Shown: positions 1-16,492, counted from the stretch's first letter. The stretch: DNA of 64,000 bases from the human T2T-CHM13v2.0 reference genome, Homo sapiens (GCF_009914755.1 NC_060929.1); one strand, 5' to 3'. Numbers and translations: made by a program. The notes: a model not told the origin generated them from the sequence alone.

Positions 1-498
1 CAGTAAGAATAAACAGAAAATACCAGCAAAACAGATCTGCTGGAGGAGACACATGACAGTGTGATTTAAGATAATGAGAACATTAGCAGAAGTCCAGGCT
101 TACTATATACACACCAAAGACTTTCTGGAGAAAAACAAGCAAACAAAATGCTTTTCTAAATCAATAATTCAATAGGTAAAAATGAAAGAAAACCTGGCCT
201 GTAATGTCATCCTTTATAAATCCCTACCCATTATTCTTGTATTCTAATTGGAATCTGAAACATTTGCACATTTCCCCTTTATGTTCTTATGAATCCAAGA
301 ACAATGAGATGATGACTTTGATTCACATGCAAAAAGTGTTTTAAATTATTATTCCAAGCAATCATTGTTTTCAAAAATCTTTCTCTAGAGGAGGCTGAAA
401 AGCCTCACTTAGTCCCTGAATACTTATATTTCATTGTAAGAGCATCCTGTATTGAAGTCACAACTGATCGAGTAGGGTATTTATAAAGGACGACATCA

Positions 499-1096
499 CA
501 GTCATACATTGCTTGACAATGAGGATATGTTCTAAGAAATTTGTCATTAGGCAATTTTGTCATCATGTGAACATCACAGAGTGTATTTACACAAACCTAG
601 ATGGTATAGCCTCCTACACATCTAGGCTATGTGAGATAGCCTATTGCTCCTAGACTGCAAACCTATGCAACATGTTACTGAATACTGTAGGCAACTGCAA
701 CATAATGCTAAGTATTTGTGTATCTAAAAATATCTACATATAGAAAATGAATAGTAAAAATACAGTATAAATACAGTAAACACGATAAACCTGTAGAGGA
801 CATTTAGCATGAACAGAGCTTGGTGGACTGGAAGTTGTTCTGGGGGAAGCCAGTAAGTTGTGAGTAAATGGGAAGGCCTGGAACATTACTGTGCCCTTTA
901 TGCTACTGGCAGCAGAGTAAGTTTGTTTCTACCAGCATCACCACCAACACTCCAGTAACATATTACCCTATGATGTTACAACAGCTGCTATGTTACTAGG
1001 AGATAAAAATTTTTCAGTTGGATTATAATCTCCTATGGCCAACATCATAAATGTGGTCCATCACTGACTGAAACTTTGTTATGCAATATATGTCTG
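499..1096 (-). mobile_element. Tigger3/MER7-family (Tigger3c-like) non-autonomous TcMar DNA transposon
   Basis: Terminal inverted ends CAGTCAT...ATGTCTG, ~600 bp, internal 'ACACAAACCTAGATGGTATAGCCT..TACAC' typical of Tigger3/GOLEM. Confidence 0.8.
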
Positions 1097-1799
1097 GAAT
1101 GTGTTTCTTAAATATATATGTATATTTCATCTGAACTGAGAAGCCTAGAATGAACACTTCTTTTCATGAATGAGGACTATTGTCAACTAAGTGTAATAAT
1201 CAGAGCATTATTCTCAATATTATTTGTTGTTATGTCATTATTGGATCTATTTGACACCTTATAGCAGAAATAATTAAATCTTCGTTACTCCTTAATGAGC
1301 TCTGAATTTTCTCTCTCTTTTGAATGTGGAATGTGGATTGGAGTACAAAAGAATATGAGTATGAGAGGAGAGCGCCAACCAGAAATGATGTAGGAATTCT
1401 CAGAAACAAACATCAGAAAAAATGCCCTGTTTACAAACTTAAAAGATGCAAATTGAAAGGGTTTTACATCTAAGAACCCAAGAAGTAGACAAAAGTTTCA
1501 ACCGACAGACAAAACCTGACAGAACTATCAGTTGCATTCTCATGGCACTTCTGTTAACTTTTTGAAGGGTAGTGTTATTTCTAGTTTCAGCATTAACAAG
1601 AAGAGAATAAATACTAATATTACATAGATATAATAATTATAATTTAAATTTTCTGCCATCTGGATGTAAAATTTGGCATTCTTGGGATGGTTTTAATTTA
1701 AAAATGTTTAACATGGCTAATGGCAATTCCCTTATGATAGGTTGAATTATTAAAAAAAAAATCCAACTACTAGATATGTATAGGAAGTACATTTAAATG

Positions 1800-3110
1800 A
1801 AGTTAAAAGTGGAAAAAAATTGCTGTACAAATATCTAACAGGAAAAGAAAATAGGTGAGTCATATTAATATTAGATAAAATGGTATTCAAAGCCAAAGAA
1901 TAAAAATGAAGACAAAGACAATATCTTTAAAATGTAATCTTTCCTAAAATAATGTGTGGATCTAATTTTATTCTAATTAGAAATAAAATTTTGGCATACT
2001 TGCTGTTACCAGTATTAATAATATTTTTAAAATAATATGGAAAATTGAATGAGCAAAAATTACCAAAAAAATGGAAATAAGAATCATAAAAGATGGCTTG
2101 CTGTACAAGATTATTGAAATTTAATATAAAGTTACCATAACAAAAATGTAAACACAGTTTGGCAAATAGGTCAATGAAATAAACCAAAATCCAGAAATAA
2201 ATCAAGTATATGTAGAAAACATATGGCAAAAGTGTCATTCTAATTTGGAGAAAAATAGATTATTTAATGAACGGTACTGGCATAATTAGCTGTTTCTCTA
2301 AAATAAACAAAAATTAAGACACTGCTTCATATTACATAAAATTAATTTCTAGATACATTAAAATCTAAATATAAAATAATTAAAAATATTAAAATAATGT
2401 GTAAAAGAACATTTGCAAGCCTTCAGATGAAGTCTTTTAGCAAGATACTAAATCTGAAAGGAAAGACTGATAGATTTAACAACGCAAATATCTTGAGTTA
2501 TAGTTTTACACCATAAGCAGAGTCCAGAGAAAAATACAGAACAATAATTTTTGCAGCATACATGATTAATTTTCTAAGTGCTTATAAAATATAAAAATAA
2601 TCTGACAGAAAAATAGATAAGAGAAAATGCAAATCACCAAAAACTTGAGAAAACGTGCTCAACTTCATTACTAGTTAATAAAATGCAAATAAAACAGCAG
2701 AGATGTCACTTTATATTCATTTGTGGAAAAACAATTCTTTTTAAAATATTAACATCCAAATTGCTCAGCTTGTGCAGAAATGTTGGCTGGCTAATGGAAT
2801 TAAAATCTTCAGGAATATCAAAAAACATCTTAGGAACTGTTCAAAAATGAAGTAAAAAAGACTGATAACTAAATTCAGAGTAGGAGTCTGAACTGGATTG
2901 TTTTGCTGTGAAGAACATTATTGTAACATCTGGCAAAATTTGAGTCAGGATTGAATAGTATGAATCAGTGTTAATATAACCAATAATTATATTTTAGTTA
3001 TGTAAGGAGAATGACCCTCTTTGTAGGAAATATAAGGTTAAGTATTTGGGAATATACAGACATGATTTCAGCAACTTAGCCTAAGCAATTTGTATTTTCA
3101 ACCTTTTTCT
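1800..3110 (+). mobile_element. Highly decayed old L1M (L1MC/ME-type) ORF2 and 3' fragments
   Basis: A-rich strand with degenerate L1 ORF2 motifs (e.g. 'aatccagaaataaatc', 'tgctcaacttcattactagttaataaaatgcaaat'); boundaries approximate; a further piece follows the L1PA at ~4427-4520. Confidence 0.6.
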
Positions 3111-3243
3111 AAATTTCAATTTTTTTTTCTCTCTCTCTCTCACTCACCCTGTCTCTAGCACAGCAAATAAACTTTTAGAAATCTATCCTATAGAAGTGGA
3201 ATTGACAAAGTTATTTATTTCTCGTGGAGATGTTAAAAATCTA

Positions 3244-4415
3244 CACAAAAATTGACTGAAGATGGATTAAAGACTTAAATGTAAGACCTAAAATCACAAA
3301 ATCACTAGAAGAAAACCTAGGCAGTACCACTCAGGACATAGGCATGGGCAAGGACTTCATGACTAAAACACCAAAAGCAATGGCAACAAAAGCCAAAATA
3401 GACAAATGGGATCTAATTAAACTAAAGAGCTTCTGCACTGCAAAAGAAACTATCTTCAGAGTGAACAGGCAACCTACAGAATGGGAGAAAATTTTTGCAA
3501 TCAATCCGTCCGACAAAGGACTAATATCCAGAATCTACAAAGAACTTAAACAAATTTACAAGAAGAAAACAAACAGCCCCATCAAAAAATGGGCAAAGGA
3601 TATGAACAGACATTTCTTAAAAGAAGACATTTATGCAACCAACAGACTTATGAAAAATGCTCATCATCACTGGTCATTAGAGAAATGCAAATCAAAACCA
3701 CAATGAGATACCATCTCACACCAGTTAGAATGGCGATCATTAAAAAGTCAGGCAGCAACAGATGCTGGAGAGGATGTGGAGAAATAGGAATGCTTTTACA
3801 CTGTTGGTAGGAGTGTAAATTAGTTCAACCATTGTGGAAGACAGTGTGGTGATTCCTCAAGGATCTAGAACTAGAAATACTATTTGAACCAGTGATCCCA
3901 TTACTGGTTATATACCCAAAGTATTATAAATCATGCTACTATAAAGACACATGCACACATATGTTTATTGTGGCACTATTCACAATAGCAAAGACTTGGA
4001 ACCAATCAAAATGCCCATCAATTATAGACTGGATAAAGAAAAGGTGGCACATATACACCATGGAATACTATGCAGCCATAAAAATGGATGAGTTCATGTC
4101 CTTTGCAGCGACATGGATGAAGCTGGAAACCATCACTCTCAATAAACTATCACAAGGACAGAAAACCAAACACCACATGTTCTCACTCATAAGTGGGAGG
4201 TGAACAATGAGAACACATGGAGATAAGGAGGGGAACATCCCACACCAGGGCCTGTTGGGAGCTGGGGGGCTGGGGGACAGATAGCGTTAGGAGAAATACC
4301 TAATGTAAATGACGAGTTGATTGGTGCAGCAAACCAACATGGCACATGTATACCTATGTAACAAACCTGCACGTTGTGCACATGTACCCTAGAACCTAAA
4401 GTATTATAATAATTT
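3244..4415 (+). mobile_element. 5'-truncated LINE-1, L1PA6-like (ORF2 C-terminus + 3'UTR)
   Basis: ORF2 peptides [35 protein letters not shown] and [17 protein letters not shown]; 3'UTR; TSD TTAAAAATCTA at 3233-3243 and 4416-4426; frameshifts and stops. Confidence 0.92.
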
Positions 4416-6328
4416 TTAAAAATCTAGACATCTTTCAATAAGTTAAGAATTAATTAAATTATTATACATCTATATTATAGAATGCTTTGTAGCTATGAGA
4501 ATGAATTAAAGCTACATGTGTTTAATTTCCACATCTGACCATGAAGGACTTAGGGAGACCAATGCAAAGAAATCTGTAGAGTATTGCTAGAGTCCAGGTG
4601 AGTACCTTGTCCTACCTAGAGAATGATTGCTCAGGTAAAGAGAAAGATGCTAAAAACTTATAGGAGGTGGAGCAAGATGGCTGAATAGAACCTTCCAGTG
4701 ATCATTCCCCTCCTCCAGCTGGAGCACAAAATTAAACAATCATCCACACAAGAGAGTACTTTCATAAGAACCAAAACTCAGGTGAGTGGTCACAGTACCT
4801 AGCTTTAATATCATATCAAGGAAATAGGCCCTAAAAAGGGTAGCAAGGACAGTCTTGAACTGCCAACCTCCAACTCCCCACAGAGCAGCTTGGCATAAAG
4901 AGAGATCTGTGTGCTTGGAGGAGGAAAAGTGCAGCGGTTGTGGGATTTTCCTTGGGAACTCAGTGCTACCTTGTCACAGCGGAAAGCAACACAATGCAGA
5001 ATTCAGCTGGTGCCCATGGAGGGAGCACTTAAATCAGCCCTGGCCAGAGGGGAATTGTCCATCCTGTTAGTAAGAAGTTGAGTTCTGGCTAACCCGACCA
5101 CTATGGGCTAAAGTACTCTGAAGTCCTAAGTAAACTTGAAAGGTAGTGTAGATCACGAAGACTGAAATTCCGAGGCATGTCCTGTCGCTGAACTGAGCTT
5201 AGAAAGAGTGGACTTGAGGTGCATGCAAACTAGTGAGACACCAGCTGAGATGACCAAGGGAGTAATTGTGTCACCCCTATCCAAACTTCAGGCAGCACAG
5301 CTCACAGCTCTGTGAGGAGAGAAAAGAGTAAAGAGGATTTTTATCTTGGAGCTTTCATACTGGTTCAGCCACAGTATAACAAAACAGCAAGCAGGGCCCT
5401 GAAGACCCCATTCCAGGCTATAGCTCTCAGAAAACATTTCTAGACCCACCCTGGGCCAGAAGGGAACCCACATCCTAAAGGCAAAAAAAAAAAAAGAAAA
5501 AAAAACCCAGTCTTGGCAGAATTCACCACCTGGTATGAAAGAGCCCTTGGGCCTTGAATAAACATCAGTGATAGGCAACAGTAACTATGGGCCTTGGACA
5601 AGACCCAGTATTGGGCTGGCTTCAGGTATAACCTCACACATTTCCAACTGTGGTGGCCACAGGAAGGGACCCTTTCTGCTTAAGAAAAAGGGCAGGAAAA
5701 GTACGAAGAACTTTTTCTTAAAATTACGGTTCCAGCTAAGCCACAGTAAAATAAGACAAACGGGAGATTCCTAAAGTCCCTGATGCCAGGCCTTTGCTAC
5801 TGGAAGGACTTTCTAGACCTGCCGGAAGCCATAAGGGAACACGCTGCCGCAGGCCTTGGGTGAAACACAATATTGTGCTGGCTTCAGGTGTGACCCAGCA
5901 CAGTCCCAGAGGTGGTGGCCATAGGAGAGCTTGTGTCACCCCTACCCCAACTCCAGGCATCACAGCACAGAGGGAGAGACTCCATTTGTTGAGGGCGGGA
6001 GGTTGGGGGGATAAGGGAAGAAAACAAGAGATTCTTCCTGGTAATCTGGGGTGTTCACCTGTATCTTAACCAAAAATACCAAAGAAGTACTTCTAGAACT
6101 CCAAAAAAGTTACAGCATTACTGGGCTTGGGATGCCCTCTAATGCATATGCCCCTTAATGCTGCAGTGACCAAAGACTTAGATCACAACACTCAATTCCC
6201 TTCGAATACTTGGAAAGCTTTCTCGAGAAGGATGTGTACAAATAAGCCCAGACTGCAAAGATTAGAATAAATACCAAACTTTTCATTAACTAGAAATTAA
6301 TTAACAACCACAATCACGTAGACCATTC

Positions 6329-6395
<67 letters not shown>
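6329..6395. repeat. A28 followed by (TA)n microsatellite within the L1MA, near the ORF1 start
   Basis: Direct reading. Confidence 0.95.
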
Positions 6396-6397
<2 letters not shown>

Positions 6398-8554
6398 CAT
6401 CACCAGATGAAACAAATAGGCACTGTGACCAGTTCTGAAATTATAGAGATATGTGGCCTTTAAGACAGATAATTCAAAATAGCTGTTTTTAGAAAGATAA
6501 CAAAATCCAAGATAGCACAAAGAAAAAATTCAGAATCCCATCAGATAAACTTAACAAAGAGATTGAAATAATTTAAAAGAATATAGCAGAAATTCTCTAG
6601 CTGAAAACTGCATTTGACAAACTTAAGAACGCATCAGAGTCTCTCAATAGCAGAACTGATCAAGCAAAGAAAAAATTAGTGAGTTTAAAGACAGGCTATT
6701 TGAAAATACACAGTCAAGGAGACAAAAGAAAACAAGTATTTAAAGTATCCCTACAGGATCTAGAAAATAGCCTAAAAAGGACAAATCTAAGAGTTATTGC
6801 CTTAAACAGGAGACAGAGAGAGATTGGGGTAGAAAATTTCGTTAAAAGGATAATAACTAAGAACTTTCCAAACCTAGAGAAATACATCAATATTCCAGTA
6901 CAAGAAGGTTATAGAACACCAAGCAGATATAGCACAAATAAGATTACCTCAAGACATTTAAAATCAAATGTCCAAAGGTCAAGGATAAAGAAAGTATCCT
7001 AAAAACAGTAAGAGAAAAGAAACAAATAACATATAAATAAGTTCTAATATATCTGGCAGCAAATTTCTCAGTGGAAACTTTACACACCATGAAAGAGTGG
7101 CATGATATATTTAATGTGCTGAAGAAAAACACTCTGATCCTAGAATATTATATCTAGCAAAAATATTATTTAAACATGAAGGAGAAATAAAGATTTTACC
7201 AGACAAACAAAACAAGGATTTCATTAATACCAGACTTGTCCTACAGGAAATGCTAAAGAGTTCTTCAATATGAAAGAAAAGGACATTAATGAACAATAAG
7301 AAATAATTTGAAGGTACAAAACTCACTGGTAATAGTAAGTACACAGACAAACACAGAAAATTAGAATGTTTTAATTGCAGTGTGTAAACTACTCATATAT
7401 TGAGTAGGACAACTAAAAGACTAATCTACCAAAAATAATAATTACAAAAATGTGTAACACATAGACAGTATAATAAAAATAGAAAGAACAAAGAGATAAA
7501 AATGGGGGTGAGAATGAAATTAAAGTATAGAGATTTTAATAGTTTTCTCTCTGGTTGTTTGTTTGTTTCCTTCTGCAATCAGTATTAAGTTGTCATCAGT
7601 TCAAAATAATGGATTATAAGATGTTATTTGCAAGCCTCATGGTAACCTCAAATTAAAAATCCTACAAAAGATTTGAAAAAGATAAAGCAATATATTAAAA
7701 TATAGCACCACAGAAAATCGCTTTCACAAAAAGGAAGACAGGGAAGAAGGAAGGAAGAAAGAGAAGACAACAAAATGACAGAAAACAGATAATAAAATGG
7801 CAGGAGCAAGTTCTTATTTGTCAATAATAACATTGAATGTAAATGGACTAAGCTCTCCAATCAAAAGGCATAGAGTGGGTGAATGGATAAAAAATAAGGC
7901 CCAGCAATTTGTTACCTACAAGAAATGCTCTTTACCTATAAAGATACACATAGACTGAAAATTAAGGAGGGAGAAGATATTCCATACAAATGGAAACCAA
8001 AAAAGAGCAGGAATAGCTATACTATATCAGGTAAAATAGATTTCAAGACACAAACTATAAAAGGAGACATACAAAATTATTATATAGTGATAAAGAGGTC
8101 AAGTCATCAAGAGGATATAGCAATTGTAAATATATATGGTCTTTGCACTGCAGCACCTATTATACAAAGCATATATTATTAGAGCTAAAGAGAGAGATAG
8201 ACTCAATACAATAATATCTAGAAGCTTCAACATACTACTTTCAGCATTGGACAGATCATCAGACAGAAAAACATCAAATAAACAGAAGACCTAATCTGCA
8301 CTATGGACCAAATAGACGCAATAGACATTTTCAGAAAATGTCATCCAATGGCTACAGAATATACAGTCTTCTTTTCAACATGTGAACTATTCAAGGATAG
8401 ACCATATGTCAGGCCACAAAACAAGTCTTAAAACACTCAAAATGAAATTGTATCAAGTATTTTCTCTAACCATAATGGAATAAAACTAGAAAAAAATAAC
8501 TAGAAGAACTTTGGAAACTATGCAAACAGAAGCAAATTAAATAATATGCTCCTC

Positions 8555-8850
8555 ATCCAGGTGTGGTGGCTCATGCCTGTAATCCCAGCAGTTTGGGAGG
8601 CTAAGGCGGGCGATCACCCAAGGTCGGGAGTTTGAGACCAGCCTGACCAACATGGCGAAAACCCGTCTCTACTAAAAATACAAAATCAGCTGTGCGTGGT
8701 CGCTCATGCCTGCAATCCCAGCTACTTGGGAGGCTAAGGCAGAGAATCACTTGAATCCGGGAGTCAGAGGTTCCAGTGAGCCGAGATTGCACCATTACAC
8801 TCCAGCCTGGGCAACAAGAGTGAAACTCCGTCTCAAAAATAAATAAATAA

Positions 8851-8885
<35 letters not shown>
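8555..8885 (+). mobile_element. AluS (Sp/Sq-like) with (AAT)n tail
   Basis: Dimeric Alu; 'GGTCGGGAG', 'GCAACAAGAG' diagnostics; TSD AATA(T/A)GCTCCT at 8543-8553 and 8881-8891. Confidence 0.95.
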
Positions 8886-9197
8886 GCTCCTGAATTACCA
8901 GTGGGTTGATAAAGAAATTAAGGGAGAAACTATAAAATTCCTAGAAACAAATGAAAATGGAAACATAACATACTAAAACCCATGGGATACAGCAAAAGAA
9001 GTACTAAGAGGAAATTTCATAGCAATAAGTGCCTACATCAAAATGTAGAAAAACTTCAAGCAACCTAATTATGCAGCTGAAATAGAAAAGCAAGAATAAA
9101 CCAAACCCAACATGAGTATAACAAAAACTAAATATCAGCAGAAATACGTGAAATTGAAAAAAAAAAAAACACAAAAGACCAACAAAATGAAAAGTTT

Positions 9198-9507
<310 letters not shown>

Positions 9508-11938
9508 AATGAAAAGTTCTATTTTTTAAAAGATTAACAAAATCAACAAGCCCTTAGCCAGACTCAGACAAAAACAGAGAAAATCCAACCAAATAAAATC
9601 AGAGATGAAAAAGGAGACATTACAATTCACACCTCAGAAATGCAAAGGATCATTAGAGGCTACTGTGAGCAACTACATGTCAAGAAGCTGAAAAACCTAG
9701 AAGAAACAGATAAATTCCTAAATGCATACAAACTACCAAGATTGAACCATGAAGAAATCCAAAACCTGAACAGACCAGTAAGAAGTAATGAGATCAAAGC
9801 CATAATACAAAGTCGGCCAGCATAGAAAAGCCTGGGACTCCATGGCTTCATTGCTGAATTTTATCAAACGTTTAAAGAAAAACTAATACCAAACCTTCTC
9901 AAACTATTCCAAAAAAATAGAGGAGGAAGGAACACTTCCAAACCCATTCTACAAGGCCAGTATTACCTTGATAAGAAAACCTGAAAAGGATACATCAAAA
10001 AAGGAAAACTACAGGCCAATATATCTAATGAATATTAATGCAAAAATCCTCAATAAAATACTACCAAATTGAATTTAACACAATAAAATATCATGCCTCA
10101 TAACCAAGTAGGATTTATCCCGGGGATGCAAGGATGTCGTAACATATGCAAATCAATCAATGTGATATATCATATCAACAAAATGAAAAACAAAAAACAT
10201 ATGATCATTTCAATTGATGCTGAAAAAGCTTTTGATAAAATTCAACATCCTTTCACGAAAAAGAAACCCCACAAAAAACGGGTATAAAAAGAACACACCT
10301 CAATACAATAAATGCCATATATGACAGACCCACAGCTAGAATCATACCAAACTGGAAAAAAACTGAAAGCCTTTCCTCTAAGATCTGGAAAAAGACAAGA
10401 ATGCTTTTTCAACACTATCATTCAACATAATAATGGGAGCCCTAGGTAGAGCAATTAGACAAGAGAAAGAGATAGACGGTATACAAACTGAAAAGAAAAA
10501 AGACAAATTATCCTTTTTTACATGTAATATAATATTATATTTAGAAAATCCTAAAGACTCTACCAAATAACTATTAAATGTGATAAGCAAACTCAGGGTT
10601 GCAGGATATAAAATCAACATTAAAATATCAGTAGCATTTCTATATACCAATAGTGAACAAGCTGAAAAAGATATAAAGAAAGTACTCCCATTTACAATAG
10701 CTACAAATAAAATAAAATGCTTGGGAATAAACTTAACCAATGAAGTGAAAAATGTCTACAATGAAAACTGTGAAACACTCATGAAAGAAATTAAAGAGGA
10801 CACACACAAAAAATGGAAAGATATTCCTTGTTCATGTATTGGAAAAAGTAATGTTGTTAAAATGTTCATACTACCCAAGCAATCTACAAATTCAGTGCAA
10901 TCTCTGTCAAAAATACTGATGATATTCTTCACAGAAATATATTGTATCAAGTATTTTGTAGAAATAGAAAAAATAATCCTAAAATTTATACAGAAACACA
11001 AAAAAGCCAGAATAGCTGAAGCCATCCTGAGCAAAGAGAGCAAACTAGAGGAATCACGTTACCTGACATCAAACTCTACTACACAGCAATGGTAACCTAA
11101 ACAGCATAGTAGTAGCATAAAAACAGACACCTAGACGAGTGTAACAGAATAGACTACCCAGAAATAAATCCATATAACTACAGTCAATTCATTTTTGACA
11201 AAGGTGCAACAACATACATTGGGGAAAGGACAGTGTCTCTAATAAACGGTGCTGGAAAACCTGGATATTCATAAGCAGAAGAATGAAACTAGAGCTCTAT
11301 CTCTCACCATATACATATATCAAATCGAAATGGATTATTAAAACTTAAATCTAAGACCTCCAACTATGAAACTACTGCAAGAAAACATTGGTAAAACTCT
11401 CCAGGATATTGGTGCGGGCAAAGATTTCTTAAGTAATACTCCCTAAAGCACAGGCAATCAAAGCAAAAATAGACAAATATGATTACATCAAGTTAAAATG
11501 CTTCTGTACAGCAAATGAAATGGTAAAACAAAAAGAGATCCCACAGAATGGGAAAAAATAACTGCAAACTATCCATCTAACAAAGGATTAATAACCAAAA
11601 TATATAAAGAACTCAAATCAATGGGAAATAATCTAATAATCTGGTTTAAAAATGGGCAAAATACCTGAATGGACATTTTTCAAAAGCAGACATAAAAATG
11701 GCAAACAGGTATATTAAAAGTTGCTCAAAATTAGTGACCATCAGAGAAATGCAAACACAAATTGCAATGAGATATCTTTTCACTTCAGTTAAAATGGCTT
11801 TTATCCAAAAGACGAACAATAACGAACTCTGGAGAGGATGTGAAGAAAGGGGAACCCTGGTACAGTTTTGGTGGGAATGTTAATCAGTACAGCCACCATA
11901 GAGAACAGTATTGATGTGCCTCAACAAACTAAGAATAA

Positions 11939-12054
11939 GGCCTGGCATGGTTGCTCACACCTGTAATCCTAGCACTTTGGGAGCCCGAGATGGGCAGATC
12001 CCTGAGCCCAGTAGTTTGTGACCAGCCTGGGCAACATAGCAAGACCCCATCTCA

Positions 12055-12089
<35 letters not shown>
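11939..12089 (+). mobile_element. Free left Alu monomer (FLAM_C-like) with (AAT)n tail
   Basis: Single ~115-bp monomer plus tail; TSD AACTAAGAATA at 11927-11937 and 12091-12101. Confidence 0.88.
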
Positions 12090-12847
12090 CAACTAAGAAT
12101 ACAACTACTATATGAGCCAGAAATCCCAATGCTAGGTTTTCAAAAGTAAGGAGATCGGTATATTAAAGAGATATCTGTAATACATAAACATAAATACCCA
12201 TGTTTATTGCAGCACTAATCACAATAGCCAAGATGTGAAAGCAACCTAAGTATCCATCAACAGATAAACTGATAAAGAAAATGTGGTACATATACACAAT
12301 GGAGTACTATTCAGCCATAAGAAAGAATGAGATCCAGTCATTCACAACAACATGAACAACTGGGGGACAGTATGTTAAATGAAATAAGCCAGGCACAGAA
12401 AGACAAATTTCTCATGTTCTCACTCATTTTGGGGAGCTAAAAATTAAAACAATTGAACTCATGGAGATAGAGAGTAGAATGATGGTTACCAGAAGCTGGG
12501 AATGGTAGTGGGGGTAAAGGGTTGGGTAATGGAGATGGTTAATGAGAACAAAAATATGGTTAGATACAATAAATAAGATGTATTATTTTATAGCTCAAGA
12601 GAGTGACTTCAGTAATAATTTGTTGTATATTTTGGAATAACTGAGCAGGTACATTTAGAATATTTATAACAGAAATAAATGATGAATGATTGAGGTGCTA
12701 AAAACCCCATTTGCCCTGATATGATTATTAAACATTGTATGCCTGTATCAAAATATCTCATCTACCCCACAAATATATACAGCAATGTACCCATAAAAAT
12801 TAAAAATAAAGAAAATTGAGAAAATATTTAAAAATAATAAAATGGGA

Positions 12848-12886
12848 GGTCAGGCACAGTGGCTCATGCCTGTAATCCCAACATTT
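12848..12886 (+). mobile_element. Alu 5' stub (~39 bp)
   Basis: GGTCAGGCACAGTGGCTCATGCCTGTAATCCCAACATTT then abrupt end. Confidence 0.8.
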
Positions 12887-13409
12887 CTCTAACTTTTGTT
12901 TAATTTTTAAAACATAATAAAAAATCTTAAAAAAATTAAAAACCTTATACTCCTTGGCACAAAAATACTTCAAGAGAAAGGTCATGTTTCATTCCAGTAA
13001 ATCATTTAAAAGCTTTTTGCTTTTTTTTACACAGTAACAAGCTAAAGTCACTCAACATACATATTTTTTCTTATGTCAAAAATTTTCAGACTGCCACAAA
13101 ATAACTGCATTCTTATCCATCAGAGTCATTCGTTCCAATAAAATCAATAATCAATGTCCTAATAATGCTTGCTCTAGACATTTATTTTCTCAAAGTTATG
13201 ATCTCCATACAACAAATGGGAATAATAAACTGAAGTTAATTCCGAGCAGAAGGCAGCAATTTAAAAAAGCAAGTTTATTGTCCTTTCTGGGACAATAAAC
13301 ATAAGAAAAGAATTATGAGTCTTCAAATAAGCTGCTATTCTTCAAGAAACCACCAGGTTAAATGTCTGTCAATTTAAAGACTCAGACTGTTGACTTTGTT
13401 GTCATTGAA

Positions 13410-13562
13410 ATTCATATAATAATATGTAAAGTATATATAATAATTCATATAATATAGTATGTTATATATGAAATTATTATATGAAATTCATATAATAATT
13501 CATATAATGATTTTCTTTATATTTCAAATAAAATGAAATTCATACAATTCTTCATATAATGA
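13410..13562. repeat. AT-rich low-complexity region with repeated TTCATATAAT units
   Basis: Several copies of (A)TTCATATAAT. Confidence 0.7.
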
Positions 13563-15320
13563 AAAGCCTGATGGCCTGCCAGTGTGGGCATCATTTTTAT
13601 TAGCACCATATCAACAATAGGAAAACATTTTACATTCAGACAATATCAAACAGGGGGGAAGAAGGAGGACAGAGCCAGCACTCTAGGATCTGATTAAATT
13701 CATAGAAATTTAATCTAAACATTTACGTTGAAAAATCAATTTATTTAATATTTGTTAATGAGATTGTTGCATCTCTTTTTTATCCTTTTTTTTCCAAATA
13801 TCAGTTTGGAGCTTTCACTCACTTGAGTGCAGGTGGGAATTTGAATCAGAACATGAGAAATGCTGGTCTGAACAGGTCATGCCAAAGCCCTAATAGCCAC
13901 TTCAGCTCTATTTACATTTACTCTAAATTGATCATAACCCTCATAGCTCCAGTTTTTGCTAGCATATACACTCTTGACAATGACTTATTTGATCACTCTG
14001 AAAAACAGTGTTGCCAATTGTGTACAGATAACAAGTCTGATGTGTGATTCAGAGGCCTCAGAAAATTTTCTTCTAGTATGAGAGGGACAAAACAGCAAAA
14101 TATCAAAGTATGCATTGGATTTCTCTACCTTAATTTGGTATAATTCATGCCAACAAGGAAGTGCTGATCATTTATCAGCGGCTGTGTTATGTTAAGCAAA
14201 GAAGAAATACATGACTAAGTTCTAACTCTCAAAGGACATATAAAGAAAGCTTCTAGATCACTCCCCAACTCTGAGCTTCCTGCTCTAGAGTGTGAACAAC
14301 TAGATTTTGTGCTATTTTCTATGATGAGGCACATAATATTTGGGGCTTTCTGCTAGGACCATTTAATAGAGGTAAGGTTTTCGTTTTTGTTGTTTTTTTC
14401 TTCAAATCACATTGGATACTCAGCCAAGACAAAAATAGTTCACTGTAATATAATTCTTGTATATCCCACTGCTCATGCTTCATCCACAACACACAAACAC
14501 AAACACACCACACACACAGAGGTACCCCATCCATAGTTCCTATTCTAATGAACCGCTCACCAAAAATGTAAAAAATTCCACATTAAATGGACCTTAAAGT
14601 TTTCACGTTTTTTGATGCCTAATTTTCTTTATTTGGAAGTCAAATTCAAATATCAATCTTTTCTCTCTAAATTATTGGATATGCTTCTAATAAATATTGG
14701 TTTAAATGAATATAAACATTCTTAAATAGTAATTATTGAGAAAGATAAAATGGCTACTCTTCTTTGAAGAGTTCTAATATCCAACAACAACCTTAGCTTT
14801 ATAAAGGAGAGAAACTTTCTAAGGTGCTGACTCCAACCTCTGTACTAACTTCCTCCCACCAAATGCCAGCAAAGTTAAATGGTCAGAAAAAAATATATAT
14901 GTTTATGTATATAACATATAAACATATTTCTATAAATGTTTATATATAAACATATACAATTATATATATAATATATAATTAGAGCAGGGTTAGGATAGTG
15001 TTGGCACACTCATGTCATCTTTCCACACCACAGAACAATTTTATACAATTGAATATAGAAATATTTATGAATTACCTTATGTATTAGTTTGCTACAGCTA
15101 GCATAACAACATGCCACTGACTGGATAGGTTAAATAATAGAACTTTATTTTCTCTGTCTGGAGGCTGTAAGTCCAAGATCAAGGTGCCAGCTGTGGGTTG
15201 GTTTCTTCTGAAGCCTCTTTCTTTGGTTTGCAGATAGCTACCCTCTTGCTGCCTCTTCACAGGGTTCATGCCTCTGTGCATGCACAGCCCTGGTGTTCCT
15301 CTGTGTTTCCTATTCTCCTC

Positions 15321-16086
<766 letters not shown>

Positions 16087-16269
16087 TCCTATTCTCCTCT
16101 TATAAGGACAACAGTCATGTGGAGTAGGGCCCAATTTAACAATCATATTTCAATTGAATTACCTCTTCTAAGACCCTCTCTCCAAATACAGACACATCCT
16201 GAGGTACTAGAGGTGAGGACTTCAACATATGAATTTTGGGGGCATCCAATGCAGCCCATACACCTTACT

Positions 16270-16492
16270 AGCAGCTAGATATTCAAAGGATATGAAAATG
16301 GCACAGTCCTTTATTTCAATGAGCAGAGCATGAACTTTTTTAAGGAGATAAGTCAGTAAACAAATAATTATATTAGAATTCAAGTAGAACAAAATGGAAC
16401 ATGCAAAATTTTGTTGAAGTTCAAAAAATGAAAGGATTACACCCATTTGGAAGGATCAGGGAAGAGCTCATGGAGCAACTGGTGTTTGAATT
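16270..16492 (-). mobile_element. L2 fragment
   Basis: Degenerate 'GGATCAGGGAAG..CATGGAG..GGTGTTTGAATTG' L2 motif. Confidence 0.5.

Noticed and set aside
3344-4203. ORFs with strong protein-like sequence (also 9640-11095, 30179-30427, 32008-32274, 63127-63537)
   Set aside because: Fragments of LINE-1 ORF2 broken by stops and frameshifts; not host genes and not retrotransposition-competent
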